From an uncultured Gammaproteobacteria bacterium (GTDB taxonomy: Bacteria; Pseudomonadota; Gammaproteobacteria; Arenicellales; CAJQKF01), in NCBI GenBank assembly GCA_905478855.1, contig CAJQKF010000040.1:7076-71075 (forward strand): a stretch of 64,000 bases of DNA. Direction: 5' to 3'. The notes beneath the pieces were generated by a model, which saw nothing but the letters and a program-made list of their open reading frames with translations, was not told the DNA's origin and did not search any database. Positions within the stretch are counted from its first letter, which is position 1. Each line of letters starts with the position of its first letter. A program made the translations under genes and the position numbers. Shown piece by piece: positions 30,756-40,600 of this stretch.

Positions 30756-32921
30756 CTAATCAGTACGATTCGATTTTCCAACAAGTTGTACGTCTTGAGT
30801 TAACCGAATTAGATCGGCGAGAATAAATCCAGCTTCTTCCAATAGGATATCCGGAGGGAATCGTTCATCATCGGCAGTTGCGAGATCTTCTTGCTCAAGT
30901 GTGTCGTCGTCATTTTCCTCAGTATCCGGATTAAGGAGCTCCAGGTCTAAAGCGCTTCGCAGGCGGTTCTCGATTTCATACCCCATTAAGCGACGTTGGT
31001 CTCTATTTGTTCGGCGTTGGTTTTCGTTTAGACTAACTCTTTCAATATTTCTGTTGTCAGTCGCAAATTTTGCGGCTTCGTAGATATATTGCATCTTTTC
31101 CGATTCGGGGCTTCTCTCATCAAAGTTCCGAATTAAATTATTCACAATATCTCGTTCAATGAATTGATAGGTGGTATTAAACTTGGCCGGATCCACTTTA
31201 GTCCAGGGTAGGGCATTTTCATATGCTCGCTCGCCTTCTTGGGCAGAGCCATGACTAATTGGGAATAGTACGTCAGGCACAACTCCACGGTGTTGGGTAG
31301 AGTCTCCATTTATGCGAAAAAACTGTGCAACAGTGAGTTTAAGTTGGCCTAAATCGAGCCCGGATCTACTATGGCGGCTTAGGTTAACTACGTGTTGAAC
31401 GGTTCCTTTGCCGAAGGTTGGTTCACCGATTATCACGCCACGTTGGTAATCCTGAATAGCGCCAGCAAAGATTTCGGATGCGGATGCTGAATTTCGGTCA
31501 ATCATAACTGCAAGAGGTCCGGTGTAACTAACTGAAGGATCTGGATCTCGGTTTATACGAACTTTGCCGCTGAGATCGCGAACTTGCACAATCGGTCCAT
31601 CATCAATGAATAATCCAGTTAACGATATAGCTTCCGTTAACGCACCGCCGGGATTGCCGCGGAGGTCTATAAGCAGTGCATCAACATTCTCATTTTTCAA
31701 ATCCTGAATAAGCTGGCGGGTGTCTTTTGTTGTACTCCGGTATTGCGGATCGCCCTGCGCTCGTCCGTCTAGATCTGCGTAGAATGTTGGTATATCAATA
31801 ACGCCTAACTTATAGTGACGACCTTCGTGGGTAAATTCTAATATGGATTTTTTTGCAGCTTGTTCTTCAAGCTTTATCTTATCTCTGGTTATTACGATAT
31901 CTTTAGTTTCTCCACTGTTTCCGGCTTTACGTGGGAGTATTCTCAGCTTTACGGTGGTGTCTTTGGGGCCCCTGATTCGTTCTACGACGTCATCCAGACG
32001 CCAACCTATAACATCGTCTATCTTGCTCTTGACGCCTTCTCCTACACCGACAATACGGTCGCCTGCTTTCAGCTGCTTAGATAAGTCCGCCGGACCGCCC
32101 GGCACAATGCTGGTAACACGAGTGTATTCGTTACGACTTTGTAAAACCGCACCGATTCCTTCCAGAGAGAGACTCATTCTTATTTTAAAATTTGCTGACG
32201 CTCGCGGGGAAAGATAGGTGGTATGAGGTTCTACAGTGAGTAGATAGGCGTTCATAAATAACTGGAAAACATCATTTGCATTTAATTGTGAGGTTCGCGT
32301 GCGAATTTGCTCGTAACGCTTGGTTAATGTATCACGGGCTTCCTCTAAAGATTGACCACTAATTTTTAACGATAAAATATCGTTTTTTACACGTTTTCTC
32401 CAAAGCTCGTTGACTTCGGCTTGGGTTGACGGCCATAACACATCGTCGCGATCGGTTTCGTACCATTCATCAATATTGAAATCGAAATCACGTTTGATAT
32501 ATTCTAGGGCTAGATCAACTTGTTTATTTACGCGAGTTCGATAGACATGAAAAATTGCGAAACCAGGCTCGAGGCGTGCATCGTTGATATAGTTGTCGAA
32601 ATCGTATCTAATTTCGTTGAATTTGCTGATATCTTGTTGAAAAAAGTAGATTCGGTCCGGGTCTAATAGTTCTAAATAACGATCGAGAATTCGTGTTGAT
32701 AATTCGTCATTTAGTTCTTGTTTAACGTAATGACGTCGTTGCATATAGTCTCGGATTAAACGCGAAGAAAAAACATGTTTGTCTTCAATTGTCATCGACG
32801 GGGCGGGTGCACTGGCGGCAAATACCAGAGAACTGGTAACGGTTGCGGCAAGCAGGATCACTACCGAACTGTGTCGGGCGATACGCTGCATAACATTTAT
32901 TATAGTAGGATAAATAATCAT
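30756..32921 (-). CDS. prc: Carboxy-terminal (tail-specific) protease Prc/Tsp
   Basis: Signal peptide, SLEGIGA PDZ domain, DLRGNPGG, SASASEIFAGA, TFGKGTVQ, GDSTQHRGVVPD; true start may be 32891. Confidence 0.93.
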   Translation of the reverse strand: MIIYPTIINVMQRIARHSSVVILLAATVTSSLVFAASAPAPSMTIEDKHVFSSRLIRDYMQRRHYVKQELNDELSTRILDRYLELLDPDRIYFFQQDISKFNEIRYDFDNYINDARLEPGFAIFHVYRTRVNKQVDLALEYIKRDFDFNIDEWYETDRDDVLWPSTQAEVNELWRKRVKNDILSLKISGQSLEEARDTLTKRYEQIRTRTSQLNANDVFQLFMNAYLLTVEPHTTYLSPRASANFKIRMSLSLEGIGAVLQSRNEYTRVTSIVPGGPADLSKQLKAGDRIVGVGEGVKSKIDDVIGWRLDDVVERIRGPKDTTVKLRILPRKAGNSGETKDIVITRDKIKLEEQAAKKSILEFTHEGRHYKLGVIDIPTFYADLDGRAQGDPQYRSTTKDTRQLIQDLKNENVDALLIDLRGNPGGALTEAISLTGLFIDDGPIVQVRDLSGKVRINRDPDPSVSYTGPLAVMIDRNSASASEIFAGAIQDYQRGVIIGEPTFGKGTVQHVVNLSRHSRSGLDLGQLKLTVAQFFRINGDSTQHRGVVPDVLFPISHGSAQEGERAYENALPWTKVDPAKFNTTYQFIERDIVNNLIRNFDERSPESEKMQYIYEAAKFATDNRNIERVSLNENQRRTNRDQRRLMGYEIENRLRSALDLELLNPDTEENDDDTLEQEDLATADDERFPPDILLEEAGFILADLIRLTQDVQLVGKSNRTD

Positions 32922-33089
32922 TACTTCCGAAATTTTTGTGCGTGTGAAACGAAACTATTAGGAATCATAGCAGGTAGGTAACAACCTTTGGGCTTCTGAC
33001 TCTACAATTATCATGTCCCTCGTTAAAAAAATATTACCATTCAGGAACCTTTGGGGAAGAATATACCCCATGACATAGTGCTCAACCTC

Positions 33090-34163
33090 TTATTCTTGGA
33101 CCTGAGATAGTCGAAAAAGTTGATCAGACTTGAGAATCCCATTGTCAGTGATATAGTTAGTGATTAATTTTGCTGGCGTAATATCGAAAGCCGGATTAGC
33201 TATTTGGGTTTTATTTGTAACGATTCGAGTTTCTGACCATGTGTTATCAGTAGTAACGCCGCGAATGTTTGAAACTTCGTGAGGATCCCTATTTTCAATT
33301 GGTACATCACGCCCATGTTGAAGATTATTGTCGTAAGTGGAAGACGGGAGGGCGACTAAAAAGGGAATATTATTGTCATGGGCTGCCAAAGCCTTCAGAT
33401 AAGTCCCAATTTTGTTACACACATCACCATTGGCAACCGTTCGGTCGGTGCCAACGATGCATACGTCCACGAGTTTATTCTGCATCAGATGACCTCCCGC
33501 GTTATCAACAATTACTGTGCATGGTACACCGTGATTCTGCAGCTCCCATGCGGTCAACGCGGCGCCCTGATTCCGGGGGCGTGTCTCATCTACCCAGACG
33601 TGTATATCGATCCCTTCGTTAAAAGCATAATATATTGGGGCCAGAGCGGTTCCCCAGTCTACGGTAGCTAACCATCCTGCGTTGCAATGTGTTAAGACGT
33701 TTACAGTATTTCCAGATTTTTTCTGTGATATATGTTTGAGATAAGAATATCCAAATTTACCGATTTTTTTATTTTGGGAAATATCTTCATTACAAATGGT
33801 GTCTGCTTCTTGAAATGCTGCAGTTAGGTATATTTTTTTGTTGGCGGTTAGCCGATTGTGCATTCTTTTTAGCGCCCATTGAAGATTGATGGCGGTCGGT
33901 CGTGCGGATGAAAGATAATCAATAGCGCTATTTAGTGATGCTTCATCACATTGGTGTTTTAGTGCCAAACAAATACCGTATGCAGCAGTTGCACCGATTA
34001 ATGGAGCACCTCGGACTTGCATTGAGTGAATGGCGTGGTAGGTGTCGTTGACAGACTCCAATGAAACAATGCTGAATTCGTGCGGCAGTCGAGTTTGATC
34101 AATGATTTTTATTGTCTGATCGTCTCTCCAGATTGATCGGTATGGAATACTATTAACTTTCAT
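33090..34163 (-). CDS. mtnA: Methylthioribose-1-phosphate isomerase
   Basis: DQTRLP, VRGAPLIG, RPTAINL, THCNAGWLAT, ETRP, NKIGTY, NPAFDITP. Confidence 0.95.
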   Translation of the reverse strand: MKVNSIPYRSIWRDDQTIKIIDQTRLPHEFSIVSLESVNDTYHAIHSMQVRGAPLIGATAAYGICLALKHQCDEASLNSAIDYLSSARPTAINLQWALKRMHNRLTANKKIYLTAAFQEADTICNEDISQNKKIGKFGYSYLKHISQKKSGNTVNVLTHCNAGWLATVDWGTALAPIYYAFNEGIDIHVWVDETRPRNQGAALTAWELQNHGVPCTVIVDNAGGHLMQNKLVDVCIVGTDRTVANGDVCNKIGTYLKALAAHDNNIPFLVALPSSTYDNNLQHGRDVPIENRDPHEVSNIRGVTTDNTWSETRIVTNKTQIANPAFDITPAKLITNYITDNGILKSDQLFRLSQVQE

Positions 34164-34272
34164 TTCGAAATGCGAATAGTGTTTAGCATGCGATAAATTA
34201 TCTCAGTTTGAACTGATTGCAGGTATCGATAAAATTCAAAATTTCGAGTTGGGTTACTAACCATAGCTATAT

Positions 34273-34636
34273 TCAGTTGTGGGGTTCGTTGGAGATAATG
34301 GACTGTTCGTTGCCGAACACCCCATGAAACAAGCGTCGTTCGTATTTCACGTCTTCATTCAAGGTTGTTTCGCAAGCTTTGTTGAACATTTCTTTGGTTG
34401 CCTTAATGGTCGGTCGTAAGTAATCAGAAATTTCTGATTGGTAACTCTCCGAGGAACGCGTCGGAAAAATTGTGTTCGATTAATTTCCCTATATCGGTGG
34501 AATTATCAAACGACAATAGCGCGTGCATTAACTAATTCATTAATCGATCGCTTGGCATATTTAATGCTTTAGGACGATTTAACCTTATGATGCCAACGTT
34601 TTTTTTAGTCACTATGAGAATGGTATCGTAGTGCAT
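34273..34636 (-). pseudogene. Decayed enoyl-CoA hydratase (crotonase; EchA8/PaaF/AcuH-like)
   Basis: Manual translation gives MHYDTILIVTKKNVGIIRLNRPKALN...LMN*LMHALLSFDN, then after a frame change TKEMFNKACETTLNEDVKYERRLFHGVF; these are N- and C-terminal crotonase motifs, with an in-frame TAG and the catalytic core missing. Confidence 0.8.
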
Positions 34637-34934
34637 GTTGGTTTTGTTTATTCTAATTGAGTTCTTGTACTTTCGGCACTACAGGTTTAGGCCATTATTA
34701 CGTCTCTGGTACCGATATGGAGTATTTGATTTGGTGTCGGACTTTAGTTCACCTATAATGAAACACCATATTAGTAATTCAGTCTAGGAATTATAGAGTG
34801 AATCGATTAATTGGTCATATATAAGACTATATATTATGTGAAGTATCTTTAGCCGGATCGCAGATAGGATACGGCACAGAGCGGATTATAATAATACGAT
34901 CAAATGTTGTTTGTTAATTTTTGCTGAGGAAAGC

Positions 34935-36830
34935 ATGAGCGGAAAATTTACCGAAGTTCACCAACGATCACTGGATAATCCCGAAGAGTTTTGGGCCGAG
35001 GCGGCTCAATTAATAGACTGGTATAAAAAGTGGGATCGTGTGTTTGATGACAACGACGCGCCATTCTGCGAGTGGTTTCCTGGGGGGGAACTTAATACGT
35101 GTTTTAATGCTTTGGATCGACACGTCGAAGCTGGCAATGGGGATCGAACTGCGCTGATTTACGACAGTCCAATTACTGGAAATAAGGGTAGCTTTACCTA
35201 TTCTGAATTATTGAAGAAGGTTTCCTGTTTTGCTGGGGTACTTCGAGCTAACGGAGTCGACAAGGGTGACAGGGTTATTATCTATATGCCGATGGTCCCA
35301 GAGGCAGTAGTTGCTATGTTAGCCTGCGCACGTCTTGGTGCGGTGCACTCTGTTGTATTCGGTGGTTTTGCAGCCAATGAGCTTGCGGTTCGAATTGATG
35401 ATGCTCAGCCGAAAGTTATTGTCTCGGCTTCCTGCGGTATTGAACCGGGGCGGGTGATTGCGTATAAACCCTTACTTGATTCGGCAATTGATTTGGCAAG
35501 TCATAAACCATCTTGCTGTGTAATCTTGCAACGCGAGCAATTAGCCGCGACACTTGTCATGGGCCGCGATATCGATTGGAATGATAGCGAGGCTCGAGCA
35601 GAGCCGACTGATTGCGTATCTGTTTTAGCGACAGATCCTCTGTACATTCTGTATACATCGGGTACTACCGGACAACCGAAAGGCGTGGTTCGAGATAATG
35701 GTGGACATGCAGTCGCCTTACTCTGGACCATGAAAAATATCTACAACATGGAAGCTGGGGAGGTTTATTGGGCTGCCTCGGACGTAGGTTGGGTTGTTGG
35801 TCATTCCTATATAGTTTATGCGCCGTTATTTGCGGGTTGCACAACAGTGTTGTTTGAGGGTAAGCCGGTTGGAACGCCTGATGCCGGAGTATTTTGGCGC
35901 GTGATCAGTGAGCATAAAGTGAAAGTTTTATTTACTGCACCTACGGCTTTCCGGGCGATTAAAAAGAATGATCCGAATGGATCATTACTAAAGGATTATG
36001 ATTTATCTTCTTTAGAAACATTGTTTCTTGCGGGTGAGCGACTGGATCCTGATACGCTTCATTGGGCTGAAGATAAATTAGGCGTGCCTGTAGTAGATCA
36101 CTGGTGGCAAACCGAGACAGGATGGTCGATTTGTTCAAACTGCCTGGGAATTGAGCAACTGCCGATTAAGGAGGGGTCTCCTACCCGTGCAGTGCCTGGT
36201 TGGGATTTACGTGTATTGGATGAAAACGGCAACGAACTACCTGCTGGTGAAATTGGTTCGTTGGCGGTAAAACTGCCGCTGCCTCCCGGCAGCTTCCCAA
36301 CGCTGTGGAACGCAAGAGAACGCTACTTCGAGTCCTATTTTAAAGAATACGAAGGTTTTTATAGCACGGCGGATGCGGGAATAATAGATAAGGACGGATA
36401 TGCGTACATAATGTCGCGGACTGATGACATTATTAATGTTGCAGGCCATCGGCTGTCTACTGGAGCGATGGAAGAAGTATTATCTGATCATCCTGATGTG
36501 GCCGAATGCGCGGTAACCGGAGTTGCTGATCAGCTAAAAGGGCAGGTGCCGCTGGGTATGTTGGTACTAAATGCCGGGAGTGAAGGAAATGAGCATGAAG
36601 TTGTCAAACAAGTTGTGCAAATGGTGCGAGATCGCATAGGTCCGGTAGCCGCTTTCAAACAAGCAATTGTTGTGAAACGATTACCTAAAACCCGAAGCGG
36701 AAAAATTCTGAGGAGTACTATTCGTAAAATTGCCGATGGAACAGAATGGAAAATGCCGGCAACTATTGATGACCCAGTAATTCTGGATGAGATCACAGAA
36801 TCCTTACAGTCAATCGGATATGCAAATTGA
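34935..36830 (+). CDS. prpE: Propionate--CoA ligase (PrpE-like acyl-CoA synthetase)
   Basis: YILYTSGTTGQPKG, SDVGWVVGHSY, DHWWQTETG, PKTRSGKILR, PATIDDP; ATG at 34935 preceded by GAGGA. Confidence 0.9.
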   Translation: MSGKFTEVHQRSLDNPEEFWAEAAQLIDWYKKWDRVFDDNDAPFCEWFPGGELNTCFNALDRHVEAGNGDRTALIYDSPITGNKGSFTYSELLKKVSCFAGVLRANGVDKGDRVIIYMPMVPEAVVAMLACARLGAVHSVVFGGFAANELAVRIDDAQPKVIVSASCGIEPGRVIAYKPLLDSAIDLASHKPSCCVILQREQLAATLVMGRDIDWNDSEARAEPTDCVSVLATDPLYILYTSGTTGQPKGVVRDNGGHAVALLWTMKNIYNMEAGEVYWAASDVGWVVGHSYIVYAPLFAGCTTVLFEGKPVGTPDAGVFWRVISEHKVKVLFTAPTAFRAIKKNDPNGSLLKDYDLSSLETLFLAGERLDPDTLHWAEDKLGVPVVDHWWQTETGWSICSNCLGIEQLPIKEGSPTRAVPGWDLRVLDENGNELPAGEIGSLAVKLPLPPGSFPTLWNARERYFESYFKEYEGFYSTADAGIIDKDGYAYIMSRTDDIINVAGHRLSTGAMEEVLSDHPDVAECAVTGVADQLKGQVPLGMLVLNAGSEGNEHEVVKQVVQMVRDRIGPVAAFKQAIVVKRLPKTRSGKILRSTIRKIADGTEWKMPATIDDPVILDEITESLQSIGYAN

Positions 36831-36842
36831 GGTTGTTTTAGA

Positions 36843-38996
36843 ATGTCAAAAAAATATCAGGATGATATAAATGCCTGGCAGCAGCAAGCAGCGCTCGATC
36901 TGAAGGGTGCTTCAGTTGATTCGTTGCTTCGAGAGACCCCAGAAGGTATTTCGGTAAAGGCGTTATACACAGCCGCAGACTTGGAAGATATTGCACAAGT
37001 TAATACGCTTCCAGGATTGGAGCCGTATATGCGCGGACCGCGTTCAACGATGTACGCAGGTCGACCTTGGACAATCCGACAGTATGCCGGATTCTCCACA
37101 GCGGAAGAATCCAACGCATTTTATCGCCGTAATCTAGCGGCCGGACAGGCAGGTTTATCTATCGCATTTGATTTGGCAACTCATCGTGGATATGACTCCG
37201 ATCATCCCAGGGTTTCTGGAGATGTTGGTAAAGCTGGAGTGGCGATAGATAGTGTTGAGGACATGAAGATTTTATTTGACGGAATACCGTTAGACAAAAT
37301 GTCAGTATCTATGACCATGAACGGTGCGGTGTTACCGATTATGGCGATGTATATTGTTGCAGCTGAAGAGCAGGGGGTCTCGGCAGAAGCATTATCCGGT
37401 ACGATTCAAAATGATATTTTGAAAGAATTTATGGTGCGAAATACCTATATTTATCCGCCTGCTCCCTCAATGCATATCGTTTCCGATATTATTCGTTATA
37501 CATCACAGCATATGCCCCGGTTTAACCCTATTTCTATATCTGGGTATCACATGCAGGAAGCGGGCGCAACTTGTGTGCAGGAGCTCGCTTTTACAATCGC
37601 TGATGGGATTGAATACGTCCGCACTGCTATAGAAAGTGGTTTAGACGTAGATCAATTTGCTCCACGATTGTCGTTTTTCTTTGCGATCGGCATGAACTTC
37701 TTTATGGAAGTCGCAAAGTTGCGTGCCGCACGAGTGTTGTGGGCTGAGTTGATGCAGGACTTGTTCGAACCTAAAGATACTCGATCGCTGATGTTGCGAA
37801 CTCATTGTCAGACTTCTGGGGTCAGTTTAACCAGTATGGATCCGCACAATAACATCGTACGGACAACGATCGAAGCAATGGCCGCTGTATTAGGGGGTAC
37901 CCAGTCGTTACATACCAATAGCTTTGATGAGGCGTTAGCGTTACCAACTGATGCCTCAGCACGAATTGCTCGAAACACCCAGCTAATTCTTCAGCATGAG
38001 ACCGGTATCACTAATGTTGTGGATCCATTGGGCGGTTCGTACTATGTTGAGAGCTTAACCAATAGTTTAGTGGTCGAAGCACGTAAACTCATTGATGAGG
38101 TAGAAGAACTGGGTGGAATGACGGCTGCGGTATCTTCCGGGATGCCCAAATTGAAAATCGAAGCCGCCGCCGCAGCACGTCAAGCACGACAAGACCGCGA
38201 AGAAGACGTCATTATTGGTGTTAATCGTTATCAATTGGAAGCGGAGGGCGAAATTGATATATTGACCATAGATAACGATAAAGTTCGGGCAGACCAGATT
38301 GCTAGATTGGAGAGAATTCGGAATAATCGCGATGATTCTATGTGCCAGAAGTCTCTGGAGTCTCTACGTAATATTGCCGAAACAAAGCAGGGTAATTTAC
38401 TGGAAGCGGCGGTTAATGCCGCTCGAGCTCGAGCAACCCTTGGTGAAATTTCTAGCACTCTGGAAACGGTATACAAGCGTCACCGGGCTGACATACAGTC
38501 AATTTCAGGAGTATACGGAGCGGCCTTTGCGGGTGATGATAATTTTTTGAAGATTCAGTCTGATATTAAAATATTTGAAGAAACCCATGGTCGCCGACCG
38601 CGAATGCTAGTCGTTAAGCTTGGCCAGGACGGCCATGATCGGGGTGCAAAGATTATTGCAACAGCATTCGCTGACCTTGGTTTCGATATTGATATTGGGC
38701 CGTTATTTCAGACGCCAGAAGAAGCGGTGAAACAAGCGATAGAAAATGATGTGCACGTTATTGGAATATCCTCTCAGGCAGCGGGTCATAGAACACTTGT
38801 GCCTTTGGTGATTGAACAGTTAAAACACGATCAGGCAGACGATATTATTGTCATATGTGGTGGGGTTATTCCTCCACAAGATTATGAATATTTGTATGGC
38901 ATTGGCGTATCTGCTATTTACGGCCCTGGAACGAATATTCCCGACGCTGCAAAGCAGGTGCTGCAACTTATCCGCAAATCGGATGATTTATTTTAA
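36843..38996 (+). CDS. scpA: B12-dependent methylmalonyl-CoA mutase
   Basis: [29 protein letters not shown]12-binding GQDGHDRG. Confidence 0.96.
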   Translation: MSKKYQDDINAWQQQAALDLKGASVDSLLRETPEGISVKALYTAADLEDIAQVNTLPGLEPYMRGPRSTMYAGRPWTIRQYAGFSTAEESNAFYRRNLAAGQAGLSIAFDLATHRGYDSDHPRVSGDVGKAGVAIDSVEDMKILFDGIPLDKMSVSMTMNGAVLPIMAMYIVAAEEQGVSAEALSGTIQNDILKEFMVRNTYIYPPAPSMHIVSDIIRYTSQHMPRFNPISISGYHMQEAGATCVQELAFTIADGIEYVRTAIESGLDVDQFAPRLSFFFAIGMNFFMEVAKLRAARVLWAELMQDLFEPKDTRSLMLRTHCQTSGVSLTSMDPHNNIVRTTIEAMAAVLGGTQSLHTNSFDEALALPTDASARIARNTQLILQHETGITNVVDPLGGSYYVESLTNSLVVEARKLIDEVEELGGMTAAVSSGMPKLKIEAAAAARQARQDREEDVIIGVNRYQLEAEGEIDILTIDNDKVRADQIARLERIRNNRDDSMCQKSLESLRNIAETKQGNLLEAAVNAARARATLGEISSTLETVYKRHRADIQSISGVYGAAFAGDDNFLKIQSDIKIFEETHGRRPRMLVVKLGQDGHDRGAKIIATAFADLGFDIDIGPLFQTPEEAVKQAIENDVHVIGISSQAAGHRTLVPLVIEQLKHDQADDIIVICGGVIPPQDYEYLYGIGVSAIYGPGTNIPDAAKQVLQLIRKSDDLF

Positions 38997-39044
38997 TAGT
39001 CAGCGTCATATGGAACGCTACTAAATTAATGTAAGAGTAAATTT

Positions 39045-40577
39045 ATGCAAGAAATTCTCAAGGAATTGGATCGAAGACGGGATTTAGCCAAACTAGGTGG
39101 AGGTGAAAAGCGTATTGAAGCCCAGCATCGTCGCGGAAAACTAACTGCACGGGAGCGCATCGAGTTACTGCTTGACGAAAACAGTTTCGAAGAATGGGAT
39201 ATTTATGTGGAGCATCGCTGCACGGATTTCGGTATGGGTGACAATCGCATTCCTGGTGATGGTGTTGTTACGGGTTACGGCATGATTAATGGTCGCTTGG
39301 TGTTTGTCTATAGTCAAGATTTTACCGTATTTGGTGGTTCTCTTTCCGAAGCCCATGCGGAGAAGATCTGCAAGGTGATGGATCATGCGATGAAAGTTGG
39401 TGCACCGATTATCGGTATCAGTGATTCAGGTGGTGCTCGGATTCAGGAAGGTGTTGCATCTCTGGGGGGCTATGCAGAAGTTTTCCAGAGAAATGTAATG
39501 GCGTCCGGTGTGGTGCCTCAAATTTCGATGATTATGGGTCCTTGCGCCGGTGGTGCGGTTTACTCACCCGCAATTACAGACTTTATATTCATGATTCAAG
39601 ATACCAGTTATATGTTTGTTACTGGCCCAGATGTCGTTAAAACTGTTACTCATGAAATAGTGACAGCGGAAGAACTCGGAGGGGCGAAGACGCATACCGG
39701 AAAATCCGGTGTTGCGGACCTTGCCTTCGAAAATGACGTCGATGCGATAAATAGATTACGCCGGTTCTTTGATTTTCTACCATTAAATAATCGATCTGAT
39801 GTGCCTGAGCGCCCCACTCAAGACCCAGCTGATCGGCTCGAAAAGTCACTTGATTCGATTATTCCTGCTAACCCTAATAAGCCCTACGACATGAAGGCCG
39901 TGATTGGAAAGATTGTTGATGAATCTGACTTTTTTGAAATTCAGTCGGATTACGCCAAAAATATCATTATTGGTTTTGCTCGAATGGAGGGTTCAACAGT
40001 CGGTATAGTCGCTAATCAACCGTTAGTACTTGCAGGTTGTTTGGACATTCAGTCTTCAATTAAAGCCGCTCGCTTTGTTCGGTTTTGTGATGCCTTTAGT
40101 ATTCCGTTAATTACATTTGTTGATGTCCCGGGTTTTATGCCGGGTACCGCGCAAGAATATGGTGGAATTATTAAGCACGGTGCGAAACTGCTTTATGCGT
40201 ATGCTGAGTGCACTGTTCCGAAAATTACCGTGATTACCCGTAAAGCATATGGTGGCGCCTATGATGTAATGGCATCTAAACACTTAAGAGGAGATGTGAA
40301 TTTGGCATGGCCGACTGCCGAAATTGCGGTAATGGGAGCAAAAGGTGCGGTTGAAATTATTTTTCGTCAAGATCTTGATGATGCGGAGAAAATTGAGCGT
40401 CGTACTGAGGAGTACAAAGAAAAATTCGCTAACCCGTTTAATGCCAGTCGCCGGGGATATATTGATGACGTCATTCAGCCGAGTAAAACACGGAAGCGTA
40501 TTTGTCGATCTTTGGTAATGCTAAAAACTAAGCAACTAGAAAACCCTTGGAGAAAGCATGGAAATATTCCATTATAA
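39045..40577 (+). CDS. pccB: Propionyl-CoA carboxylase beta (carboxyltransferase) subunit
   Basis: [54 protein letters not shown]. Confidence 0.93.
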   Translation: MQEILKELDRRRDLAKLGGGEKRIEAQHRRGKLTARERIELLLDENSFEEWDIYVEHRCTDFGMGDNRIPGDGVVTGYGMINGRLVFVYSQDFTVFGGSLSEAHAEKICKVMDHAMKVGAPIIGISDSGGARIQEGVASLGGYAEVFQRNVMASGVVPQISMIMGPCAGGAVYSPAITDFIFMIQDTSYMFVTGPDVVKTVTHEIVTAEELGGAKTHTGKSGVADLAFENDVDAINRLRRFFDFLPLNNRSDVPERPTQDPADRLEKSLDSIIPANPNKPYDMKAVIGKIVDESDFFEIQSDYAKNIIIGFARMEGSTVGIVANQPLVLAGCLDIQSSIKAARFVRFCDAFSIPLITFVDVPGFMPGTAQEYGGIIKHGAKLLYAYAECTVPKITVITRKAYGGAYDVMASKHLRGDVNLAWPTAEIAVMGAKGAVEIIFRQDLDDAEKIERRTEEYKEKFANPFNASRRGYIDDVIQPSKTRKRICRSLVMLKTKQLENPWRKHGNIPL

Positions 40578-40600
40578 GGGTGCTTTTTGTTAAGAAAAAT

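Noticed and set aside
34164-34934. Possible cobalamin or SAM riboswitch ahead of the mutase operon or mtnA
   Set aside because: No B12-box or SAM core motifs recognisable by eye, and about half the gap is explained by the crotonase relic; an Rfam scan would settle it
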